A stretch of DNA of 64,000 bases from Candidatus Binatia bacterium (GTDB lineage: Bacteria; Desulfobacterota; Binatia; UBA9968; CAXXLF01): the NCBI GenBank assembly GCA_963664015.2, contig CAXXLF010000002.1, positions 1,952,001 to 2,016,000 on the forward strand, read 5' to 3'. A program made the translations under genes and the position numbers. The notes beneath the pieces were generated by a model, which was given only the letters and a program-made list of their open reading frames with translations, was not told where the DNA came from and searched no databases. Shown here in pieces: positions 40,285 through 49,229 of this stretch. Every line of letters starts with the position of its first letter. The stretch's first letter is position 1.

Positions 40285-41046
40285 ATGGGTCAGAAGCTTT
40301 CAACCGATGCGGCCAAGGCGGCGGTCGATGATCTTTACAGTAAGGTTGCCGATCGATGGCAACAGGTGGTTACCCAGGGCGAGTTTATGACGTCTCTTTC
40401 TACTGGAGAGCTTCCTCGAGAGGCTATTAAATTGTTCTTCCGTAACTGGGGAGCTTACACCATCGAGATCAATACCATTGTGGCCTCGACGTATCAGAAA
40501 CACCTCACGTTTTTTAAAAAGCACCGGGATCTGATGGCGCCTATGGGAGAGAAGATCGCAGATGAGTTTATGCATCCCAAGCCTCCGGGCCACTTTCTGG
40601 TTATGCTGCAGACCGCCAAGGCGCTAGGGATCACCGAAGATGAAGTGTTCATGCAGCCTCTCCTGCCCATGTTCCGCGGTAAAATCGATTTTATTCGGGG
40701 CCTACTCTACGAAGGGTCCGTCGCTGAATGGTGGTCCTCCATTACAACCGAAGAGATGATCGGCTACTGGTCTAGGGATTTTCGAGCCGCACTCACGAAA
40801 AAATACGGCTTCAGTGATCAGGAGGCGACCTACTTTGGTACACACGAGGAGGCCGACTTGGCCGAGCATGAGGACGGGGTCATGGCCCATGGATCGTTCA
40901 ATCGGGCCATGCTTCAGCGTCTCTTGGAAGACGGGATGGCAGAGGAACGGCCCGGGTACGGATTGGCCTACTGTTCCCAGACTTCGGTGGACCTTCACGC
41001 GCAAATGCTCCAGTCGGCCTTGGAGGCATATAAGAAAAGAGGTTAG
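40285..41046 (+). CDS. Heme-oxygenase-like dimetal oxidase (TenA/PqqC/CADD superfamily)
   Basis: Candidate ligands 'IADE..PPGH', 'TEE', 'YFGTHEEADLAEH'; helical; strong RBS. Confidence 0.75.
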   Translation: MGQKLSTDAAKAAVDDLYSKVADRWQQVVTQGEFMTSLSTGELPREAIKLFFRNWGAYTIEINTIVASTYQKHLTFFKKHRDLMAPMGEKIADEFMHPKPPGHFLVMLQTAKALGITEDEVFMQPLLPMFRGKIDFIRGLLYEGSVAEWWSSITTEEMIGYWSRDFRAALTKKYGFSDQEATYFGTHEEADLAEHEDGVMAHGSFNRAMLQRLLEDGMAEERPGYGLAYCSQTSVDLHAQMLQSALEAYKKRG

Positions 41047-41207
41047 TCAATTTCTGTGGTGACATTTGAGTCTTGGGTCGGGAACCAAGACTGCGAGTCC
41101 AATTGACACCGATGGTGACGGGCGTTATTGGAATCAGTTTTTATTTGGGAATTTGTTATTATTTTACGTGCCATTCTGAGATGAAGCTAAAAGGAGACAG
41201 AATCAAA

Positions 41208-42230
41208 ATGAAATCTCGTTTGATGCCCATTGGACAAGGTCTATTTTTAATTGTGGCAATACTGTTCGTGTTCAATACGATCGCTTCGGCTGAGTCGGCC
41301 AGGTCGTTTTACAAGGGAAAGGAGATTACCATTCATATAGGCAGCTCTCCGGGGGGATCCGTGGATATCACGGCTCGGACGGTGGCTCAATCATTGGGGA
41401 AATACACGGGTGCTAACATCATTGCCACCAACGGACCGTTGGGTGGGGGCGGCCGGGCCACCATGAATTTTCTCGTCAAAAAAGCCAAACGTAACGGCCT
41501 GGCCCTCGGCTGGCATATCGGCGCCGCGGCGACCATCTATCAGATGTACGGCGTCGGAGTGGATTATGACCTCAGGACAATGGATTGGATCGGCGTGGTT
41601 ACGCCGTTGCGCAATACTCTGATAGTGAACGGAAAGAAGTTTAAGTCTATAGACGACATCAGAAAGGCCAAGACGTTCTTCTTGGGTGGGGGTGCAAGCC
41701 AATCGGTGGATAGCCAGCAGGGCATGGTGGGGTTAAACGCCCTGGGTGTTAATTATAAGTTGGTCACAGGTTATCGTGGAACAGGACAGATAAGGACGGC
41801 GGTACTCCGTGGAGAAATCGATGCATTTGCCCGCGATTACGCGGGATCAGAGGGCGAAATCAAAGCGGGGAACCTATTCGCCGCCGTTCACCTGGGTGCT
41901 GTCCGAGATCCAAGATTACCTGATGTCCCTACCATATTCGAGGTGGGGAATGTGAAAGGGGTTTATAAAAGTCTTCTGGTGGCGACCGGAAAGGCCGGTT
42001 ATTTTTTGATTGGTCCTCCGGGACTCCCCAAAGACCGGTTGAAATTTCTTCGGGATGCGCTGAAAAAGGTCGTGGAAGATCCCGAGTTCAATAATCGGGC
42101 GAAGCGTGTGGGATTCATTCCTACCTATATCGCTCCTGGGGAGGCTTTGCAGGTTGTTAGAAATCTCTTCAATTTGCCAAAGGAAGAACAAGAAAAGATC
42201 TTTGCTCTGGCAAAGAAGGCAGCAAAGTAA
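41208..42230 (+). CDS. tctC: Tripartite tricarboxylate transporter substrate-binding protein (Bug/TctC)
   Basis: Signal peptide, 'FYKGKEITIHIGSSPGGSVD..AR', 'VTGYRGTG..AVLRGEID', 'LPDVPT', 'GPPGLP'. Confidence 0.85.
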   Translation: MKSRLMPIGQGLFLIVAILFVFNTIASAESARSFYKGKEITIHIGSSPGGSVDITARTVAQSLGKYTGANIIATNGPLGGGGRATMNFLVKKAKRNGLALGWHIGAAATIYQMYGVGVDYDLRTMDWIGVVTPLRNTLIVNGKKFKSIDDIRKAKTFFLGGGASQSVDSQQGMVGLNALGVNYKLVTGYRGTGQIRTAVLRGEIDAFARDYAGSEGEIKAGNLFAAVHLGAVRDPRLPDVPTIFEVGNVKGVYKSLLVATGKAGYFLIGPPGLPKDRLKFLRDALKKVVEDPEFNNRAKRVGFIPTYIAPGEALQVVRNLFNLPKEEQEKIFALAKKAAK

Positions 42231-42350
42231 ACCCCGTAAACGGACTCACTTCCAAAACTTTGAGCCAATGTCCTCCGTGGAGTTATGGTCCGTGACTCCA
42301 CCGAGGGTCCCGCCACCCGGGAATAGAAGGAAGTTGAGGAAGGAAGTGTT

Positions 42351-43430
42351 ATGGCCATAGAAGTGGGGGCTCAATTCTGGCCTTGGGATTCCATTAAGAG
42401 CCTCGTGACCTACGGTAAAAAGGCCCTTCAGGAATACCCTTTTGACTTCATCTGGATGTGTGACGAATTCCAGTATGAAGACTGCAGTACCATCCTGGCC
42501 GCCATGGCCATGAACCTGGACGTATCGGTGGGTCCCATGGTGACATTCCCCTGGCGCAATCCTCTGGACTTGGCCCAGCGGTACGCCTCCATCGCAAAAT
42601 TGGCGCGTCCCGGGAGGGGAGTTTCCATCGGTCTTGGCGTGGGTGGAGCTGTCCAGGTGCAGGTGACCGCTGAAAAGCGTAATCCCGTGTCCGTGATGCG
42701 GGAAAGCGTTCAATTGATGCGGGGGCTCCTGGCGGGAGAGTCGGTCGAGCTGTCCCGTTTTCCGCAACTGGCAAACCGGTTTCGCTACAACACAAAGACC
42801 AGCGCACGTCTTTATTTCCCTCCCCCTGAGCGTGTTCCCGTCTACCTGGCTGCGGGGGGGCCCAAGATGTACGAGGTGGCCGGTGGACACGCCGACGGCG
42901 TGATCTACTCTCAACTGGTGGGTCGCACTTCGTTGCGTGGGGTTCAAAAGGGGCTGCTGAAGCAGGCGGTTGAGGCGGTGGACGCGGCGCGCAACCGGTC
43001 GGACGACGCCAATCGTCCCTTTAAGAAAATTTATAACATTCACATTTCTGTCTCGAGAGATGGAAAACGCGCCCTTGATTGGGCGAAAAGAAACAGCTCC
43101 TACGGATTGTCCGGGACCTCCATTCGATACCCGGAGGTACTGGACACCCTGGGACTCGATCGGAAAGAGGTCGGTTTTGTGGCTGAGGCCTATCTCCAAG
43201 GGCTTGGCGTGGATGAGGCGGCCAAGAGGGTGTCGGACGACCTGGTCAAAAAGGCCGGCTTTGTTATTGCCGGAACTCCGGAGGAATGCACCGAGCAATG
43301 CTTGGAGTTAAAGGGGCACCTGGCGGACTTGGATTTTGATCAGCTTGTGATAGGGGTCCCTCTGGGCCCGGAAATTCCCGAGGCCCTGCGCCTGTTGGGA
43401 AAAGAGGTCCTCCCCCATCTCTTCCCATAG
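42351..43430 (+). CDS. LLM-class oxidoreductase, Mer-like (probably F420-dependent), copy 1
   Basis: 'GPMVTFPWRNP', 'GLGVG', 'PVYLAAGGPKM', 'IAGTPEEC', 'GVPLGP'. Confidence 0.82.
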   Translation: MAIEVGAQFWPWDSIKSLVTYGKKALQEYPFDFIWMCDEFQYEDCSTILAAMAMNLDVSVGPMVTFPWRNPLDLAQRYASIAKLARPGRGVSIGLGVGGAVQVQVTAEKRNPVSVMRESVQLMRGLLAGESVELSRFPQLANRFRYNTKTSARLYFPPPERVPVYLAAGGPKMYEVAGGHADGVIYSQLVGRTSLRGVQKGLLKQAVEAVDAARNRSDDANRPFKKIYNIHISVSRDGKRALDWAKRNSSYGLSGTSIRYPEVLDTLGLDRKEVGFVAEAYLQGLGVDEAAKRVSDDLVKKAGFVIAGTPEECTEQCLELKGHLADLDFDQLVIGVPLGPEIPEALRLLGKEVLPHLFP

Positions 43431-43484
43431 GCGGGACCCAGCAGGGAGGGCCTTCCGCGACATGGGGTTGCATTAGGAACATAT

Positions 43485-44561
43485 ATGGAAATCGGACTTC
43501 ACCTGTGGCCCTGGCATTCCATAAAGGAGTTGATGGACTATGCCCAAGCGGCGCGCCGAGAGTACCACTTTGATCATATCTGGCTTGTGGATGCCATGCA
43601 GTACGAGGATGCCTTTACGGCCCTGACGGCCATGGCCATGAACATCGATGCCTCTTTGGGCACTATGGTGACCTTCCCGAGAAGGAATCCCATGGAGCTG
43701 GCCCAGAGGTTTTCCAGTATCTCCCACCTCATGCCCGAGGGACGGCAGGTGGTTGCCGGCCTGGGATCCGGTGGACGACTCCAGGAATCAGTCTTGGCCG
43801 AGGGGACAAGCCCGGAAAAGGTTTCGGTGGTAAAAGAAACCGTCTCCTTTCTGCGCCAGCTATTCGCCGGACAGAGCGTGGAATTGGGCCAATTCCCTCT
43901 ACTGGCCTCCCGCTTCAACTACAACCTGGATGCAAAGGCCCGGCTCTATTTCCCCCCACAGGGATTGTTGCCCGTCTATCTTGCCGCCGGTGGGCCCAGG
44001 ATGTTTCAACTTGCCGCCCAGGAAGCCGATGGGGTTATCTTGACCCAGATCAATCCGTGGACATCGCTGGCGGGTATGCGCGCTGGACGATTCCGGCAGG
44101 CGATCGACACGATCGAGTCGACGCTGAAGGCTTCCGGAGGCGGACGCCGCATCAAGAGGATATACTCGGCCAAGATATCAGTGTCTCAGGACGGCCAAGC
44201 AGCAAAACAGTGGGCCAAAAGGCAGATATCCTACGGAGCCGCCACCTATCCGAAAGCCCTGAAGGAGTTGGGCTGTGATGCTGACGAGATCGAGAGTATT
44301 CGATTGGCCTATGTCCAGGGTCTGGGCATAGAAGAAGCGTCGGGCCGCGTTTCCGATCGATTGGCCGGGCAACTCGGGTTTGTCACGGCGGGCACGCCGG
44401 AGGAATGCATTGCCGGCTATGAAGAGATTTTAGACCACCTTGAAGGGTTGGGATTCGATCACCTGGTCATGGGGGTTCCCCTTGGCCCCAACGTGACCGA
44501 GGCGTTAAAGCTCATTACGAAAAAGATCCTTCCCGCTCTCAAAAGTCGGTTGGCAAGATAG
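43485..44561 (+). CDS. LLM-class oxidoreductase, Mer-like (probably F420-dependent), copy 2
   Basis: Clear paralog of copy 1: 'GTMVTFPRRNP', 'PVYLAAGGPRM', 'AGTPEEC', 'GVPLGP'. Confidence 0.82.
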   Translation: MEIGLHLWPWHSIKELMDYAQAARREYHFDHIWLVDAMQYEDAFTALTAMAMNIDASLGTMVTFPRRNPMELAQRFSSISHLMPEGRQVVAGLGSGGRLQESVLAEGTSPEKVSVVKETVSFLRQLFAGQSVELGQFPLLASRFNYNLDAKARLYFPPQGLLPVYLAAGGPRMFQLAAQEADGVILTQINPWTSLAGMRAGRFRQAIDTIESTLKASGGGRRIKRIYSAKISVSQDGQAAKQWAKRQISYGAATYPKALKELGCDADEIESIRLAYVQGLGIEEASGRVSDRLAGQLGFVTAGTPEECIAGYEEILDHLEGLGFDHLVMGVPLGPNVTEALKLITKKILPALKSRLAR

Positions 44562-44783
44562 GCTAGTTAGGCTAGGAAAGGCGAAGAGGGTAACCGAATG
44601 AAAATTGAGTATTCTGCCCTCGATACCAATGCAGTGGATTCCTATCGGGGCCAGCTCAAGGGGTTGCGGATTTTTCCTGTACCGGTTTGACCGCCCGCTC
44701 GACGAACCCATCATCAACATAATAATTTTCATAATCTTGGCGACGGATAAATTAGGGAATATTTAGGAGAAGGTGTAGCAAAA

Positions 44784-46880
44784 ATGGCTTTTGTGATCGG
44801 CCTGGATGTGGGTGGGACTTTTACCGATTGCGTGGTGGTTACCGACCAGGGGGAAATGTTTGTGGATAAGGCCTTTACCACTCCACAGAACACGGCCCTG
44901 GGCATGATCCAAGCGATCGAAAATGCGTCCCGGTCTATGGGGATGCCCGTTGAACAGCTCCTTCCCGAGACTGTGACCTTGGCCTTGGGGACAACCACGC
45001 TGACCAATCTACTCATTACCCGACGAGGTGCTAAAGCCGGGCTCTTGACGACCAAGGGGTTCGAGGACACCACCCTGATCGGTCGCGTTCTTGCAAAAAC
45101 AGAAGGACTCCCCGATAACGAGAAATTGGATATTCTGGCCTGGGGCAAACCGACACCTATGGCGTCACGCCCCTTTATTAAGGGAGTAACGGAGCGCGTC
45201 GATTATAAAGGTTCCGTTGTCGTACCTCTTGATGAAGCTGAGGTCCGACGGGTAGCCGCCGAATTGATAAAGCAGGGAGTTGAGACCATCGCCGTCTGCT
45301 TTTTGTGGTCCTTTATGAATTCGAATCATGAGCGGCGCGTGAAGCAAATCCTCAACGAGACCTACCCTCGTTTGTTTGTGACGTTGAGCAGCGAAGTCGC
45401 TCCCGTTCTTGGGGAATATGAACGTGCGCTCACGACGCTTATGAACGCCCACCTGGGGCCGGCGGCGGCCCGTGAAATTCATGGCATGCAGGAGGTCTTT
45501 GCCGAGAAGGGATTTAAGCGCCATTTTCTCGTCATGCAATCCAATGGAGGTGTGATCTGGGACGAGGAAGTCCCCAAGTGGCCGGTGAATATCTTGGCTT
45601 CCGGTCCTGTGGGAGGCGTCAATGAATCTGCTTCTATAGGGAAATTGCTTGGCCATTCTAATGTCATTGCTACGGATATGGGCGGGACCAGTTTCGATGT
45701 GGGTATCGTTGTCGGTGGTCGTCCGCATCTGGTGCATACGGCTATCTACGATCGCTTCCGGACCTTCGTGCCCACTGTCGAGGTGGTCTCCATTGGTGCT
45801 GGGGGTGGTAGCATTGCCACCATCGATCCGCTAACCAAGAGGCTTCTGGTGGGGCCCGGTAGCGCAGGGTCGGATCCCGGGCCCGTTTGTTATCAACGCG
45901 GAGGAACGGAGCCGACGGTGACCGATGCCGACGTCGTCCTGAATCGGGTTTCGCCCGAAAGCTTTCATGGTGGAAGACACACCCTTAACCGAGAAGCGGC
46001 ACAGAAGGCGATTGAGGAACGAATTGCGAAACCCCTCGGTTACGACACTTTTCGTGCGGCAAAGGGGATTCTCGACATCGTCGATGCGCGCATGGCCGAT
46101 CTTATTCGCAAGCTGACCGTCGAGCGAGGTTTGGATCCGCGCGACTTTGTTATGTTTGCCTATGGAGGGGCAGGGCCGGTGCACGTGGGTGCCTATGGCC
46201 GGGAGATCGGACTCAAGCAGGCAATAGTCAGTCCCTACGCCCCCGTCTTTTCCGCCCTGGGGATTGCCTCTTCTGACATGGCCCGTCACTACAGCCGGTC
46301 CGAGCCCATGCAACAGCCCTTTGATCCAGGGCAGATGACGCGGGTCTTTACCGAACTGGAAGGTCGGGCCAGGGACGACCTGCTTCAGAGCCGGGTGGAG
46401 ATGGACCAGGGGGTGACGCTCAACCGGTTCGTCGACATGCGCTTTCGCTACCAGGTCCACGAAATTCGGGTGCCCATATCAGCCGAGTCAGCTGAAGTCT
46501 CATCCTCCCAAGGCATCAGCGCCCTGGTGGAGGACTTCATTGCCCTTTATGAACAGACCTTCGGTCAAGGTACGGCTCTCAGAGAGGCTGGGGTTGAAGT
46601 TCTTACCTTCCACGTTGTTTCCATCGTCAAGGCCAAGGCCGCTGCCTTAAAAAAATATCCAGAGGGTGGCTCTGACCCCGGCCACGCCCTGAAGGGGGCT
46701 CGATCCGTATTCTGGGACGATGCCTTTATGGATACCCCGATCTTTGATCAGGGTCGCCTCGCCGCAGGCAACCAAATCAACGGGCCCGCGGTAATAGAGG
46801 CTCCCAATACGAATATTCTTATCCATCCCGAGCAGCGGGCCCGGTTGGATCCCTACTTAAACGTGGTGATCGATTTGTGA
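44784..46880 (+). CDS. Hydantoinase A/oxoprolinase family ATP-binding subunit (acetone carboxylase beta-like)
   Basis: 'IGLDVGGTFTD', 'SGPVGG', 'DMGGTSFD', 'GAGGGSIA', 'GPGSAGSDPGPVCY', 'YGGAGPVH'. Confidence 0.93.
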   Translation: MAFVIGLDVGGTFTDCVVVTDQGEMFVDKAFTTPQNTALGMIQAIENASRSMGMPVEQLLPETVTLALGTTTLTNLLITRRGAKAGLLTTKGFEDTTLIGRVLAKTEGLPDNEKLDILAWGKPTPMASRPFIKGVTERVDYKGSVVVPLDEAEVRRVAAELIKQGVETIAVCFLWSFMNSNHERRVKQILNETYPRLFVTLSSEVAPVLGEYERALTTLMNAHLGPAAAREIHGMQEVFAEKGFKRHFLVMQSNGGVIWDEEVPKWPVNILASGPVGGVNESASIGKLLGHSNVIATDMGGTSFDVGIVVGGRPHLVHTAIYDRFRTFVPTVEVVSIGAGGGSIATIDPLTKRLLVGPGSAGSDPGPVCYQRGGTEPTVTDADVVLNRVSPESFHGGRHTLNREAAQKAIEERIAKPLGYDTFRAAKGILDIVDARMADLIRKLTVERGLDPRDFVMFAYGGAGPVHVGAYGREIGLKQAIVSPYAPVFSALGIASSDMARHYSRSEPMQQPFDPGQMTRVFTELEGRARDDLLQSRVEMDQGVTLNRFVDMRFRYQVHEIRVPISAESAEVSSSQGISALVEDFIALYEQTFGQGTALREAGVEVLTFHVVSIVKAKAAALKKYPEGGSDPGHALKGARSVFWDDAFMDTPIFDQGRLAAGNQINGPAVIEAPNTNILIHPEQRARLDPYLNVVIDL

Positions 46881-46902
46881 TGATTTAGATGAAGGGAGGG
46901 AA

Positions 46903-49062
46903 ACGGCCATCGACCCGATAACCTTTGAAATTCTCCGACACCGCTTCACCACTCTAGTGGAGGAGGGGGCGCTCGTTTTGAAAAACGTTTCAGGCTCGCC
47001 GAGCGTTGCCCATTCCCACGACTGCAATGTCGCTCTCCTGACCCACGAAGGGGAGGGGGTTGTAATCGGTCCCAATATCGTGTCACACGCCCTTTCGTGT
47101 ATGCATACCGCTCGTTACGTACTTCAGGAATACGGTGAAAATCCTGGAATTAAAAAGGGCGATATGTTTCTGAGCAATCACCCTTATATCAGTACTCCTC
47201 ATCAAACCTGTATCGCTCTGGTCGCGCCCATTTACTGGGAAGGTGATGTCGTAGCATGGTCGGGGGCCGGAATCCATGTGGCGGATATGGGGGGGCCGGT
47301 ACCCGGACAAGTCTCTGTCGGGGCCCAATCCATCTGGGAGGAACCCCAGCCCATTCCTCCCATAAAAATCGTAGAAGGAGGCATCCTTAGAAAAGACATT
47401 GAGCAGGAATACCTCATTCGTTCTCGAACCCGGATCCAAAACGCCATTGACCTGCGAGCTAAGATCGCTGCCAATAACACCATCAACAATCGTATCCTGG
47501 GTTTGATCGAGCGGTACGGGGTAGATACGGTCAAGACAGCGGCTGAGGAAGTAATTGAATTTTCCGAGCAGCGGCTGCGCGCCATCTTGAAGAAAATCCC
47601 CGACGGATCCTGGTCACACACGTCCTATCTGGATTATTTCGATCAAGGACGCACGGACCTATACCTCTGTCGCCTGAAACTTACCAAACAGGGCGATAAG
47701 CTGCTCTTTGACTTTCGTGGCTCTTCTCCACAAGCCCCAGCGGTGATCAATGCGACTTTTACTGCCTTGCAGTCATCGGTGGTCCGTATGGTCATGGCCA
47801 TCTTTGGTTACAGCATCGGTTTGTGCCCCGGGGCTGTCTTGCGCTCGATAGAGATCGAAGCCGAGCCGGGGACTGTGGTCAACTGCTCCTGGCCGGCAGG
47901 GGTTTGTAAAGGAACGACCTCCGCTACCTACAGTATTATGGCCTCCACTGCCTCTTGTCTCAGCAGGATGCTGGCTTCGAGCGGTGATACCTCGGGGAGA
48001 ACCGTAGCCCCTTTCAAAGGTCATATGCATATGATGGAACTCATGGGAAAGGATCAACGGCATCACATCTTTGGCACTGTCTTTGTGGACGGTAGTTTGG
48101 CTCAGGGCAACGGTGCCATGAGCACAAAGGACGGAATCGACACGGGGGGCGGAATGGATCCGGCCGTTGGCATCCCTAATGTAGAGACCAATGAGTTTCG
48201 CTACCCCATGCTCTACCTTTATCGGCGCCAGCAGGCCGACACCGGTGGTCCGGGAAGGAATCGAGGTGGAGTCGGCCTGGCCGCGGCGTTTATTCCCTAT
48301 GGCGCCCAGGGTATCCCGAATGTGACCTTCCACGGCCATGGGTTGACCTGCCCGACAGCCTCCGGACTGTACGGCGGGTCCTATGGCGGTATGAATCACG
48401 TCGTAGTGAAGCGCCATTCCAATATCCTGAAGTTGTTTGAGCAGGGGACGCTACCTTCGGACATAGACGAGATTAGCGGTGAGGTCGAGGTGCCGGAACT
48501 GGTGAGCCGATCCTTTTTAAATGGCGATGATGTCTATCACGGCATTAGCTGTGGCGGAGGAGGTTACGGGGATCCCGCCGAGCGAGAGCCCAACCGGGTG
48601 CTTCAAGATATTCGCCACGGGTTAGTTTCTCGAGAATGGGCAGAAGAGATTTACGGGGTCGTCCCCGGGCCGGCGATGGAGGGCGTGGATGGTGAGGCTA
48701 CAGAAAATCGTCGCCGCGCCATAAGGGAGGAAAGAAAACGTCGATCCCGACCGCCAGAGAAAAAGTCCCGAATTCAGCAACCGTCACTTGCCAAAGAGCA
48801 AAGGACAGACTCGACCCGGGGCACCATGGCGCTAACCCTGGTCCCCCAGGGCGATAGTGACGCTTACCAGTGCCATTGCGGACAGATTCTATGTCGTGCC
48901 GATGAGGACTATACGCAGGTTTGTCCCTGGGCGGAACTGGGATGCGAGGAGACGGGTCCCTACCTCTCAAGTCCGGAATTTCGGGTTCGAGAGTATTATT
49001 GTCCCGGTTGTTTTTCTCTGTTGGAAGTAGAAATGGTCCAGAAGGAACCCTCTGGAAATTAG
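46903..49062 (+). CDS. Hydantoinase B/oxoprolinase family subunit with C-terminal acetone-carboxylase-gamma-like Zn domain
   Basis: (ACG)AIDPITFEILRHR; 'HVADMGG', 'DTGGPGRNRGG', 'GGGGYGDPAERE'; tail 'CHCG...REYYCPGC..LEVE'. First canonical start is GTG 46957. Confidence 0.88.
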   Translation, partial: TAIDPITFEILRHRFTTLVEEGALVLKNVSGSPSVAHSHDCNVALLTHEGEGVVIGPNIVSHALSCMHTARYVLQEYGENPGIKKGDMFLSNHPYISTPHQTCIALVAPIYWEGDVVAWSGAGIHVADMGGPVPGQVSVGAQSIWEEPQPIPPIKIVEGGILRKDIEQEYLIRSRTRIQNAIDLRAKIAANNTINNRILGLIERYGVDTVKTAAEEVIEFSEQRLRAILKKIPDGSWSHTSYLDYFDQGRTDLYLCRLKLTKQGDKLLFDFRGSSPQAPAVINATFTALQSSVVRMVMAIFGYSIGLCPGAVLRSIEIEAEPGTVVNCSWPAGVCKGTTSATYSIMASTASCLSRMLASSGDTSGRTVAPFKGHMHMMELMGKDQRHHIFGTVFVDGSLAQGNGAMSTKDGIDTGGGMDPAVGIPNVETNEFRYPMLYLYRRQQADTGGPGRNRGGVGLAAAFIPYGAQGIPNVTFHGHGLTCPTASGLYGGSYGGMNHVVVKRHSNILKLFEQGTLPSDIDEISGEVEVPELVSRSFLNGDDVYHGISCGGGGYGDPAEREPNRVLQDIRHGLVSREWAEEIYGVVPGPAMEGVDGEATENRRRAIREERKRRSRPPEKKSRIQQPSLAKEQRTDSTRGTMALTLVPQGDSDAYQCHCGQILCRADEDYTQVCPWAELGCEETGPYLSSPEFRVREYYCPGCFSLLEVEMVQKEPSGN

Positions 49063-49152
49063 CCAAATTAGCCTGGTTCGGAAAAATATCGCGAATGAAA
49101 ATTCGGGGAACGCATTGTCATCACAGCCTGGGAAAGAATTTTGAATCGGCGT

Positions 49153-49206
49153 TGACCGGTCACCGACTGCGGTAAGGTTTGACAGTCAATGAACGTTTCA
49201 TACGCT
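49153..49206 (+). promoter_or_regulatory. Internal promoter with palindromic operator-like sites upstream of tctA
   Basis: TGACCGGTCA (49153-49162); TTGACAGTCAA (49179-49189) containing -35 TTGACA, then N16 and TACGCT. Confidence 0.45.
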
Positions 49207-49229
49207 TTAGTCACTGAATCGAGCAACCC

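Noticed and set aside
42246-43298. Long antisense or alternate-frame ORFs (also 39052-40041, 26440-27249, 49317-50069, 53110-54045)
   Set aside because: Shadows of well-supported genes in GC-rich DNA, with no motifs.
44598-44690. 30-aa ORF MKIEYSALDTNAVDSYRGQLKGLRIFPVPV as a peptide precursor
   Set aside because: No recognisable leader or core, no RRE or peptidase nearby, and only a weak RBS.
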